DNA from: a virus
Taxonomy: Duplodnaviria > Caudoviricetes
Direction: 5' to 3' (one strand)
IMG/VR virus record: IMGVR_UViG_2534682025_000001
Span: 20,615-84,614 of that record
DNA length: 64,000 bases
The notes beneath the pieces are model-generated. The model saw nothing but the letters and a program-made list of their open reading frames with translations, had not been told where the DNA came from and made no database searches. Position 1 is the stretch's first letter. Every line of letters starts with the position of its first letter. Below, one piece after another: positions 1-8,224 of the stretch. The translations under genes were made by a program, and so were the position numbers.

Positions 1-34
1 CAAGCATTGCAGCATCTAAGAATTTAATTTTCAT
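1..34 (-). CDS. 5' end of small head accessory protein (MKIKFLDAAML...), truncated by window
   Basis: ATG at 34 with GGAG SD; start resembles MKIKYLK of the post-capsid ORF in prophage 2 (44968-45135). Confidence 0.6.
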   Translation of the reverse strand, partial: MKIKFLDAAML

Positions 35-83
35 GTTCTAAACTCCAAGGTGAAAGGGCCGACTGGCCCCTTCGGGATTTTAA

Positions 84-1292
84 TTAAGCTGGAAATTCAC
101 CTTTTACGAATGCTTCTGGGCGATACACAGCCAATGCCAGACGCTCTTCACAACGAACAGAGATCATGTTCTTTTCAAAGTCATCAGCATTTTCGGTTGA
201 GATCACTACGTTTGCATCTTCACGGTCAAAGATTTGAGCAGCCTCAGCAAAGCTACCAGTCAAAAATTTACTAGCCATTGCTGCATGATTGGTTTCAGCA
301 ACAGGCAACCCCCAAAGACTTGGCGTATTAGGTGAGAACGGGTTAGTAAACAAGTATGCACCGGTAGTGTCTTTCAGTAATTCAATTGCAGTCCAATCAT
401 TCATGTGTAGCACATGACCTGTTGCAAACACATCCGCCAAAGCAGCTTGCAGCATGGCCAAACGCATAGTATCTACGCGAGTCGGTGATGCAATCGTAAT
501 TGGAGCTGAATAAGCAGTTGCCTGAGTATAAATACCATGCAGGTTGTTACCAGTGCCTGAACCAAATAACAGTTGCGCATCTTCAACACGCTTAAGGCCA
601 TTAAGCAAACGACCATTGATAAAGCTTTGTAACTGAGGCAAGTCATCAAGGATCTGCTTAGATGCTTTCAGCATGTGAGCAATCGTTTTCACACCTTCCA
701 GCACTTCTTCAAATGTTAATTCTGAATATGGCTTGGTGGTGTTTTCAGCTACTGGTGCAGCGTTATTGGTAAATCCAGTTTCACGTAAGTAAGCAATCGC
801 ATTACTGGCCGTTTGACCTGGAGCTAATAGGTCACGGATGGTCACGCGCTGATTTGGCGCAGTCACAATACGAGTCGAACCATCAACAGGGTTTACTGCA
901 AATGATGTCAGTGCATTACGGGGAACAGCTACACTGATACGTTTTCCAGAGGTTGCATTGCTTGCAAATGAAATAATCTGCTCATCTTTTACAGCAAGAT
1001 CACCTGCACGAGCATCCACTTGTGCACCTGGATTACCAGTGCCACCACGTGCAAATAATTGCTCAGCTTCACCCAACTTCACCTGTAGGTCATTCTGGGC
1101 TTGGCGCAAGTTGTTTAGATCAGTCAGCGTTTTATCTACTGTTTCTTTGGTTTCAGCAGATAGATCATTGGCTTTTTTCGCTTCATTTAAAGCATTTTCA
1201 GCCAGTGGTTGAACTTTTTCAGTAAGCGCTTTAAGTTGATTATTTACTTCTTTAAGTGCCGCTGCAGCTTGGTCTTTAGTTTGATCAGTCAT
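84..1292 (-). CDS. HK97-family major capsid protein
   Basis: N-terminal coiled-coil delta domain; EDAQLLFGSG, LWGLPV, FEKNMISVRCEERLALAVYRPEAF motifs. Confidence 0.95.
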   Translation of the reverse strand: MTDQTKDQAAAALKEVNNQLKALTEKVQPLAENALNEAKKANDLSAETKETVDKTLTDLNNLRQAQNDLQVKLGEAEQLFARGGTGNPGAQVDARAGDLAVKDEQIISFASNATSGKRISVAVPRNALTSFAVNPVDGSTRIVTAPNQRVTIRDLLAPGQTASNAIAYLRETGFTNNAAPVAENTTKPYSELTFEEVLEGVKTIAHMLKASKQILDDLPQLQSFINGRLLNGLKRVEDAQLLFGSGTGNNLHGIYTQATAYSAPITIASPTRVDTMRLAMLQAALADVFATGHVLHMNDWTAIELLKDTTGAYLFTNPFSPNTPSLWGLPVAETNHAAMASKFLTGSFAEAAQIFDREDANVVISTENADDFEKNMISVRCEERLALAVYRPEAFVKGEFPA

Positions 1293-1356
1293 GATTTTTC
1301 ATCTCTCAAAAATAAGAAAACCGCCATATAGGCGGTCATAAAAATTGGTATTAGGC

Positions 1357-2202
1357 TTAAGTGCTGAATTTCTCGGTAGCGTTACGCATACTTTGAAGAA
1401 CACTTTCGAGTACATCATTGCTAGCGCTTGGCGTAGCTTGGTTGGTAGCGCCAGGCGTACCCTTTAAATCTTGAATAAGTTCCCGTCGTGAGCTTCGAGA
1501 CATTCCCGCTTTGGCAAGCAAGATATCTGCTTTATGGGCAGCGACTTTTTCTTTAGTGAAGTTCTTTGTATCTTCAACAACCACATCAGATGGCAGGAAG
1601 GCGTCGGCAAAGCCACTATCAATAGCATCACGCCCATTGATCCAGCGCTCTTTATCCATATCTGCTTTAAGTTCATCCATACTAAGGCCAGACTTCACAT
1701 GGTAAATATCAGCAATCGTGTCATCGATCTGTTCAAGGAAATCCGCTGTTTCACGTAAGTCGTTGCGATTACCCCAAAGCCCTGTCCAGGCATTGTGAAT
1801 CATAAAGAATCCAGCACGGGCAATTTGAATCTCATCGGCTGCCATGGCAATAAATGATGCTGCTGAAGCTGCAACCCCCAATACACGTACAGTCACATGG
1901 CCTTTGTATTCGCGAAGCAGGTTGTAAATAGCCAGACCTTCAAATACATCACCACCCGGTGAATTGATATTGACTACAACATCAGCGCCATCAAGTGAAC
2001 GCAATGCCGCGCTGATTCGCTTAGCAGTTACACCAGAGTCATCCCAGTAGTCATAACCAATCGGATCATAAATACCAATCGTGTTGTCATTTTCATCTGA
2101 TGCTTTAATTGCAGGATTCCAACGATCAAAAGCCAACGGCGAAACACCACCTTTTTCTTTTGCATTAAAATTAGCGACTGGCAGCAGGTTTCGTTTGCTC
2201 AT
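1357..2202 (-). CDS. ClpP-like (S14) head maturation protease
   Basis: INSPGGDVFEG, AASAASFIAMA, FMIHNAW motifs; start placed at MSKRN (2202). Confidence 0.93.
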   Translation of the reverse strand: MSKRNLLPVANFNAKEKGGVSPLAFDRWNPAIKASDENDNTIGIYDPIGYDYWDDSGVTAKRISAALRSLDGADVVVNINSPGGDVFEGLAIYNLLREYKGHVTVRVLGVAASAASFIAMAADEIQIARAGFFMIHNAWTGLWGNRNDLRETADFLEQIDDTIADIYHVKSGLSMDELKADMDKERWINGRDAIDSGFADAFLPSDVVVEDTKNFTKEKVAAHKADILLAKAGMSRSSRRELIQDLKGTPGATNQATPSASNDVLESVLQSMRNATEKFST

Positions 2203-3436
2203 TATTATCACCTTTGTAATTGGTCCCGACTTTATCAAGCGGAATTAATGCCGATTGAATTGTATAAATTTCCCCACCCGCAATAGGCGCTTCATTTTCT
2301 TTGCGTCTTACTTCATTTCGGTTATACCAACCATTGTTGAGTGCAGATGCATAATATTCAGCACGGCCTTTTGAGTCTGCCCGCAATAAGCCTTCCACAC
2401 CAAACTCAACGTAATAGGTTTCAAACTCTGCAGCACCAATCAGGCACCGTGAAATTTCCTGTTCAATATTGACCAGTAATGGACGCAAGGTATTGGTCAG
2501 GAATTGCATGTTCATGCCTTCAACACTGGAGGCCCATGAGCTTTGCTTATCCAAATGTCCAACCATGAATGGTGGTACCCGGAACCAGCGGCAAATTTCC
2601 TCAATTTCAAATGTCCGGGTTTCTAACATCTGAGCCGCTTCAGGATTCATAGTGATACCGTGGTATTGCATACCATTTTCAAGCACCATCATTTTTCCGG
2701 CATTCTTGGATCCCATGAATTTCTTCATATTGTCTCTAAGTGAATCACGCTGATCCGGCGTTAATTTCCCCTGGGCAGATAAAAGACCTGATGTTTGCAA
2801 ACCGTTTTCAAAGAACTTTGCTGCGGCTTCTTCAGCAGCCTGTGCAGCCCCAATGGTTTCACGCGCTTTCTGGACCTTAAATAAGCCCATCACCCCATCG
2901 ATACCAAAACCACGAACATGCATCATGTTTTTTTCAGTGATTTCACGCTTAGCACCACTTTCTGTGTAAGTGTATTTCAGCATTCCATTGGTCTTGTTTC
3001 TGGTCACTACCATGTTTTGGGGTAGCAATGGATTCAATGAAATAATCCGGCCTGATGCACTGCGAATAATTTCAATGTATGAATTTCCCCATAGGCAGAT
3101 ACTGGCCACAATCATCAGCATGAACCGGCTTGGCGTCATTTCATAGTTTGGTGACCGGCACAAAAGATTGTAGAGCGGATGCTTAACTGCAACATCCCGG
3201 CTACCGTCCGCTTTTCGCTGATAAATCTTAAGAGGCAGCGTTGATACTGTTTCTGAAATCAAACTCACACATGAAAAAACGGCGCTCAATTGAAGCGCCG
3301 AATCTACAGTTACATGCTTACCACTCGATGTGGCCAATAATGCCCTTAATAATTCAGGCTCCAGACTCAGATGCCCATCAAGCCCAAGGAAGCGCAAAGC
3401 TGCTTGAGCAAACCGACCCGGCTTCTTTGTACTCAT
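2171..3436 (-). CDS. HK97-family portal protein
   Basis: AVFSCVSLISETVSTLPL, LWGNSY, EEICRWFRVPP, NEVRRKEN motifs. Confidence 0.95.
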   Translation of the reverse strand: MSTKKPGRFAQAALRFLGLDGHLSLEPELLRALLATSSGKHVTVDSALQLSAVFSCVSLISETVSTLPLKIYQRKADGSRDVAVKHPLYNLLCRSPNYEMTPSRFMLMIVASICLWGNSYIEIIRSASGRIISLNPLLPQNMVVTRNKTNGMLKYTYTESGAKREITEKNMMHVRGFGIDGVMGLFKVQKARETIGAAQAAEEAAAKFFENGLQTSGLLSAQGKLTPDQRDSLRDNMKKFMGSKNAGKMMVLENGMQYHGITMNPEAAQMLETRTFEIEEICRWFRVPPFMVGHLDKQSSWASSVEGMNMQFLTNTLRPLLVNIEQEISRCLIGAAEFETYYVEFGVEGLLRADSKGRAEYYASALNNGWYNRNEVRRKENEAPIAGGEIYTIQSALIPLDKVGTNYKGDNNEQTKPAASR

Positions 3437-5151
3437 TCAACACCTACCATAATTGGATCATCATAAAATTCATCACCTGTAGGTTCCCCTGCAAGCACCA
3501 TTGCCCGACTGATGCCCATTAATAACGCTACAGCACCATCGATTTTCTTAAACTTCTTTTCCTTATCCGGGAACTCGGTTTCATTTTTTCCTGTTTTAGA
3601 AATAACGTTGCCGATCATCCAGCTAAGAATTGGGTTTCCATCATGATGAAAACGACCTGCAGCAATAGCAGCTTCAAGCTCCTTCATTGCTGGTGAGAAT
3701 GTCTTTGTGGTTTTGGGCATCTTGATTGAGGTATATCCAGCATCATCCACAGTTTTTGCAATCTGGAATCCACCCCACTCATCGTAAGGAACCTCAGTCA
3801 AAGGCACTCGCTGAGCATCTTCGATTAATTCCTTTGCAATTTGATTCAGGTCATTCTCATAGCCATCACAGACATTCAGCAGGCCTTTGTTGAACCATTT
3901 CTGATACCGCTCAACTACCTGCTTTTCATCACCGCTATAAACCGTGTCTTCAGGTAGATAGAACTGCGGATCTATACAGTAGTAATGCAGTCGACCATCA
4001 TCCTCAATTCTGTAAAACAGGTTGATACGTGCTGCAATATCAATTTTTGATGATAGATCCACACACATCATGCAAGGCGTTGCTTCAAAGTCATCAATGT
4101 TCAGGTCTGGATTACCGCAAGCTTTCCACTTTTCCATGTTGAAAAATGCAGATTTTGCTGATACCCAAACGTTTAAGTGCTTAGTTTTAAAAGCACCTTG
4201 CTTTGATGCGTTCTGAATTGCCCGGCGTTGCTGAGATTCCAGATAGTCCGAATAAACAGAAACCCCATAATTGGGGTTTGCTTTGGCCAGTACTGCCGGA
4301 TCTGTCCAGTCATCTCCCTCATCAATGGTCCATATCCAGCCAAACAGCTCATCATCTGGTACGGTATCCAAGAGCATTTCCTGAACACGTGCACGTAAAT
4401 CATAACAAGGGCCTTCAATATTGAAGCCAGCTGTTGTGATTGTGAAAATCATAGGCTGTCGACGTGCACCCATACCGGTCTGCATGGTGTCATACAGCGC
4501 AGATGTTGGATGCTCATGGAATTCATCGACTACAGCACAATGCGGTGACTGGCCATCAGGTGGATCACCAATGATAGGCTCAAAGATAGAACCTTCATCT
4601 GGAATCTCTAAGCTACCGGCATTAATCAGTACGCCAGCTGCTTCAATGAAGTCTGGCGAACGTACCGCCATTAAGCGTGCAGGTTTAAAAACTTCCCAAG
4701 CCTGCTTCTCGGTGGTAGCACCAGCATAAACTTCTGAACCAAATTCACCATCATTGGCAAACATGTTGAGAGCAACACCAGCGGCAATCGCAGACTTACC
4801 GTTTTTACGCGGCACCTCCCAATAGCTTTCACGGAAGCGGCGGTACCCATCTTTTTTACGAACCCAACCAAATGTGCAACCAATACCAAACTTTTGCCAG
4901 GGCTCAAGCGTGATACTCAGACGCTTCATTGCCCACTCACCCTTTGTATGGGGCAGCAACTCAATAAAAGCGATCTTCTTTTCTGCTAGTTTTGGCTCAA
5001 ATTTATAAGGAAAATCTTTATTTTTTGACTTAATCAGGTCATCTAAGTGGCGTTTACAAGCAAGTCTTACCCACTTACATGCAGGTATTTTTCCTGAAAC
5101 AACCTGCTTTGCCCATCTATTTGCAATGCCAACGTTTGGGAAAGCTGTCAT
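3433..5151 (-). CDS. terL: Terminase large subunit (Terminase_1)
   Basis: Walker A PRKNGKS, Walker B VVDEFH, ITTAG, C-terminal KIDGAVAL nuclease motif. Confidence 0.95.
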   Translation of the reverse strand: MTAFPNVGIANRWAKQVVSGKIPACKWVRLACKRHLDDLIKSKNKDFPYKFEPKLAEKKIAFIELLPHTKGEWAMKRLSITLEPWQKFGIGCTFGWVRKKDGYRRFRESYWEVPRKNGKSAIAAGVALNMFANDGEFGSEVYAGATTEKQAWEVFKPARLMAVRSPDFIEAAGVLINAGSLEIPDEGSIFEPIIGDPPDGQSPHCAVVDEFHEHPTSALYDTMQTGMGARRQPMIFTITTAGFNIEGPCYDLRARVQEMLLDTVPDDELFGWIWTIDEGDDWTDPAVLAKANPNYGVSVYSDYLESQQRRAIQNASKQGAFKTKHLNVWVSAKSAFFNMEKWKACGNPDLNIDDFEATPCMMCVDLSSKIDIAARINLFYRIEDDGRLHYYCIDPQFYLPEDTVYSGDEKQVVERYQKWFNKGLLNVCDGYENDLNQIAKELIEDAQRVPLTEVPYDEWGGFQIAKTVDDAGYTSIKMPKTTKTFSPAMKELEAAIAAGRFHHDGNPILSWMIGNVISKTGKNETEFPDKEKKFKKIDGAVALLMGISRAMVLAGEPTGDEFYDDPIMVGVE

Positions 5152-5161
5152 TTCGGCCTCG

Positions 5162-5653
5162 CTACATATTCAGCACCTGCGCAAATTTATTTGTTTTAGG
5201 TTTATTACCCCCACCACCTAACCGCCCCCGGGAAGATGGATCCAGACCCAGCATTGCCCCAAAAGAAGCCATCTGTTTTGATGCCTCATTCACTGCAGTC
5301 AAGGCTGGATTTTTAATCGTACTGCCTTGCGCTGTTTCCAGTGTGGGTCCATTCTCGACTACTTCTTTTTGGGCTACGCGCAAGTTGTGATAAGCCATGC
5401 AGAACATTTCCACGTTGTGCATGTCTGTAATTTTAAGAACTTTGTTTTTTAATAATTCCGGAATAACCGAGCGCCACATTATCTCAGCGTACTCCATCTC
5501 TGAAAGATATTCTGGTACTTCAATATCTACGACATCAGCAAATTCAGGCACATTGGTATTGAGAGGACGTCTGCCCGGGTTGCCAGCTGCCCGTTTTGCT
5601 TCCTGCGGTTTTGGCTTTCGGCCACGCCCAGGAACAGAAGAAACTCCACCCAT
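5162..5653 (-). CDS. terS: Terminase small subunit, P27 family
   Basis: GRGRKPKP...GNPGRR, NPALT, GLDPSSR motifs; directly upstream of terL. Confidence 0.92.
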   Translation of the reverse strand: MGGVSSVPGRGRKPKPQEAKRAAGNPGRRPLNTNVPEFADVVDIEVPEYLSEMEYAEIMWRSVIPELLKNKVLKITDMHNVEMFCMAYHNLRVAQKEVVENGPTLETAQGSTIKNPALTAVNEASKQMASFGAMLGLDPSSRGRLGGGGNKPKTNKFAQVLNM

Positions 5654-5664
5654 TTGTCAACACC

Positions 5665-5755
5665 CTGAATTTTTAATTTCGCGCACGTAAAAATGAACGG
5701 AGGGGGGCGGTCATTTAGGCAAAGGCCCTGAACTCTCGACCCACCCCTCCCCATC
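5665..5755 (-). other. Putative cos/packaging site region
   Basis: GC-rich non-coding stretch (GGGGAGGGGTGGGTC...GACCGCCCCC on minus) between HNH cluster and terS, as in HK97-like 3'-cos phages. Confidence 0.55.
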
Positions 5756-5765
5756 CGGAAGATTT

Positions 5766-6014
5766 TTAGCCTTCATTTCTTGCATTTTTTGCCTGCTCTT
5801 TCATGATGCCGACCAACATATCTAACTGCTCTTCATATTCATCACCAAGCAAGTGGAATAAGTCAGCAGATGCACGCAACATGATTGTTGAAGCAAATAC
5901 TTCTTTTGCTTCTTGCTGCTTAATATCATCCGCAACAGTTTTTAAGTTCTTGTCGTAAAGTCGGTGAGCTGAGCGCGAAGCTACAACACCAACATGAGTG
6001 ATTCTTTTACGCAT
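5766..6014 (-). CDS. Hypothetical phage protein
   Basis: ORF from MRKRITHVG just after the HNH stop. Confidence 0.65.
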   Translation of the reverse strand: MRKRITHVGVVASRSAHRLYDKNLKTVADDIKQQEAKEVFASTIMLRASADLFHLLGDEYEEQLDMLVGIMKEQAKNARNEG

Positions 6015-6015
6015 C

Positions 6016-6375
6016 TTATTTTCCTTCTGTAGCTGTTTTCTCTCTATGACACGGCGCACACAACGACTGTAGATTGTCTGGATCATCTGTACCACCATGA
6101 GCCTTAGCCTTGATGTGATCTACGTCTGTAGCCTCAGCCACACGCCCAGCAACGGCGCATTTCACACAGAGATAGTTATCACGCTTCATGATGCTTTCAC
6201 GCAGTACTCGCCATGCATGACCATAGCCACGTGCCGTAGTTGATCCTGATCGGTCTTGGCGTGCTGTCCAGTTGCTGCGCTTATGTGCATGCTTATCACA
6301 ATAGCCTTGTTCTTTTGGTGACTTGGTTAGGTTTGGGCAGCGAAACTCACGGCATGGTCTGCTCATATCCATCAA
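6016..6375 (-). CDS. Terminase-associated HNH endonuclease (HK97 gp74-like)
   Basis: RDNYLCVKC, VDHIKAKAHGGTDDPDNLQSLCAPCH. Confidence 0.92.
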   Translation of the reverse strand: MMDMSRPCREFRCPNLTKSPKEQGYCDKHAHKRSNWTARQDRSGSTTARGYGHAWRVLRESIMKRDNYLCVKCAVAGRVAEATDVDHIKAKAHGGTDDPDNLQSLCAPCHREKTATEGK

Positions 6376-6593
6376 TCCAAATAAGGCGACTTAGGTTTAT
6401 CTTCATCATCTTCGGTCTGCATCATCGCTATCAGCTCATTGTTCTGATCCATGATACGAGCCATGACTTTATTTTGTTCTGCCAATAGATTGCTTTGAGC
6501 TGTCGTCGCCTGGCTTTGGTTGCTCATTGCTTGAAGCATCTCGACCAGTAAGGCGTTCGATACACAGCCGCATTCTTTCTTTTGCTCGTTCAC
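6372..6593 (-). CDS. Small coiled-coil phage protein (KECGCVSN family), homolog of 50579-50779
   Basis: Conserved between both prophages. Confidence 0.7.
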   Translation of the reverse strand: MNEQKKECGCVSNALLVEMLQAMSNQSQATTAQSNLLAEQNKVMARIMDQNNELIAMMQTEDDEDKPKSPYLD

Positions 6594-6642
6594 TTTGCTT
6601 CCTTATCCATTCACGGTTTCTTTCACACGATGCACATGTCAT
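6469..6642 (-). CDS. Small CxxC protein overlapping the previous gene out of frame; homolog of 50664-50828
   Basis: MTCASCE...ERMRLCIERLT conserved in both prophages. Confidence 0.55.
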   Translation of the reverse strand: MTCASCERNREWIRKQSERAKERMRLCIERLTGRDASSNEQPKPGDDSSKQSIGRTK

Positions 6643-6841
6643 CTGAATCACCCAAGGTCACATTGATTTCGCTAAGCAGGTATTGATTGACTTGATCTAC
6701 AGTGGAGACATTCACAAATACCAACTCAACATCTTTGATTGCCAGGCCAGTCTCAGCCTCAAACAATCGCTTACGATCAGCTATGTCTTGGTATAAATCC
6801 CGCTTAAAGGTATCGAGTCGTTCTTGATCACTTGTACCCAC
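6623..6841 (-). CDS. Hypothetical phage protein
   Basis: 72-aa ORF in operon context. Confidence 0.65.
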   Translation of the reverse strand: MGTSDQERLDTFKRDLYQDIADRKRLFEAETGLAIKDVELVFVNVSTVDQVNQYLLSEINVTLGDSDDMCIV

Positions 6842-6845
6842 GGCG

Positions 6846-7019
6846 CTATCTCCGACTTAAATTGATTTGAATGTTCTTCATGCGAGTACGGATGTTTGCC
6901 ATTACCTCATCAATAGCCATCATCTGTTTGCTATTCATGAATGCTCGACTTAGGTTCTGGTACTTCACCAACTCATCGTGCAATTCATTTAGATTCTTTT
7001 GCGCCTCTTTGACATCCAT
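6846..7019 (-). CDS. Hypothetical protein (KYQNLSRA family), homolog of 52030-52203
   Basis: ELxKYQNLSRA...AID conserved in both prophages; GGTGG SD. Confidence 0.75.
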   Translation of the reverse strand: MDVKEAQKNLNELHDELVKYQNLSRAFMNSKQMMAIDEVMANIRTRMKNIQINLSRR

Positions 7020-7029
7020 ACGCACCACC

Positions 7030-7071
7030 AATAAGAAAAGAAAAACCCCTCAACATCTAGAATGCGAGGGG
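7030..7071 (-). terminator. Intrinsic terminator (CCCCTC..GAGGGG + U tract), shared with 52215-52256
   Basis: Hairpin followed by TTTTTCTTTTC on minus strand. Confidence 0.7.
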
Positions 7072-7241
7072 CTTTATTTGCCGTAATACGTCCGGCGAAT
7101 TTTAAGAATAAAAAAAGCCTGTTTAACTCTCTCTCCAATTAAACAGGCTTGACTTGCGCTACAACTTATTTCTTATTTGCAGGGCTACCATATTGTTTAA
7201 GTATTTCAATCTAATGACATGGCTATTTGTTTGAGTGATTG

Positions 7242-7352
7242 TTATTCAACTTCTTTCAAACAATCCCGACACACTTTGATTTCTTCATCAACCGTGTAAT
7301 CGATTTCAGTCACACCGTGAAGGCCGAATAAACACATTAAGAATCGGAGCAT
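7242..7352 (-). CDS. 36-aa zinc-binding prophage microprotein (DUF1660-like), not in ORF track
   Basis: MLRFLMCLFGLH...CRDC; GGAG SD; positional counterpart at 52305-52412. Confidence 0.65.
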   Translation of the reverse strand: MLRFLMCLFGLHGVTEIDYTVDEEIKVCRDCLKEVE

Positions 7353-7717
7353 TACTTTTCTCCAGACAAAAAAATACCTCCTTTACAGGGAAAGGAGGCA
7401 GAAACTTAATAGAAACTACAGCCATAGAATCTGGCCCGCATTATATACATAATAATATTATATGCAAGGCTGTACCCTTAAATTGAACCTTGCAATAAAA
7501 AGCCTGCTTAGCTGGAGGGCTAAACAGGCCGTGGAGTATTACATTATACTTGTTGTTGTAGCGTTCTAGGAATGAACACAAGATACCAGTTGCTCACCAC
7601 AAATAAGTATAAGAAATATATGCAGAATGTTTTAACGTGTAATAATTAAGTTATATTTATCAATAAATTGATCATCATTTAGTCAAAAATATCACTTAAT
7701 AATCAATCTTGTTTATC

Positions 7718-7794
7718 TGGCACGCCATGTAGGACTCGAACCCACAACCATTGGTATAGAAAACCTATGCTCTTTCCAGTTGAGCTAATGGCGC
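7718..7794 (-). tRNA. tRNA-Arg (anticodon TCT)
   Basis: Cloverleaf GCGCCAT/ATGGCGT, D arm GCTC-AACTGGAAA-GAGC (A20), anticodon loop TTTCTAT, TTCGAGT T loop, encoded CCA; A28-A42 mismatch. Confidence 0.88.
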
Positions 7795-7800
7795 ATAAAA

Positions 7801-8035
7801 AAGGATATGACGATCTGCCACACCCTTGCCTTAGATTACGATACTGACCAGCTCGGCAACTGATCTACCGCTACTCACAATCCCACACACCTAACATGCA
7901 CGGTCCGCTTTACTTGCTTTCAATCCTCTTTAGGTCGGGACGCTACTCCCTAGTCTAAATTCCCGAAGGAAGTTTACTCGATGGCATGTTCCACTGCTCG
8001 GCACTCCAGAAGGCTTGGGTCGCCTTTTCACAGGC
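7801..8035 (-). ncRNA. Candidate ~235-nt structured late RNA upstream of the tRNA (copy 1)
   Basis: Near-identical copy at 52648-52881; C(UUCG)G tetraloop, G-C to G-U substitutions, long-range AACAUGC/GCAUGUU helix; no long ORF shared by both copies. Confidence 0.72.
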
Positions 8036-8038
8036 ATT

Positions 8039-8064
8039 AAAAAAGCCCACCATTTGGCGAGCTT
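8039..8064 (-). terminator. tR'-like terminator of the late leader
   Basis: GCTCGCCA-AA-TGGTGGGC-TTTTTT on minus; same hairpin at 52885-52908. Confidence 0.75.
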
Positions 8065-8100
8065 TCAAATCAATCTAGTGCTTTAACGTACACTTCGATC

Positions 8101-8140
8101 ACTATAACATAAATATACACATATATGGCGCACCAAGCAA
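8101..8140 (-). promoter_or_regulatory. Q-dependent late promoter (pR'-like) with sigma pause element
   Basis: TTGCTT-17-TATATT, then a second -10-like TATAGT at about +1, as in lambda pR'. Confidence 0.65.
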
Positions 8141-8224
8141 ATATTATTTTGAAAGCTTGTTCTTTAATTTAAAATCATATAAAACAATGTATTAACTACT
8201 TTAGAATAAGCTTATGAATGAAAG

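Noticed and set aside
958-5754. Numerous 60-130-aa alternative-frame and antisense ORFs in the track (here and across the tail and head genes)
   Set aside because: Shadow frames of well-supported genes with no motifs
7718-7794. Reading the anticodon as CTA (amber suppressor)
   Set aside because: Stem register GGT/ACC gives the 7-nt loop TTTCTAT, placing TCT at 34-36; A20 supports Arg
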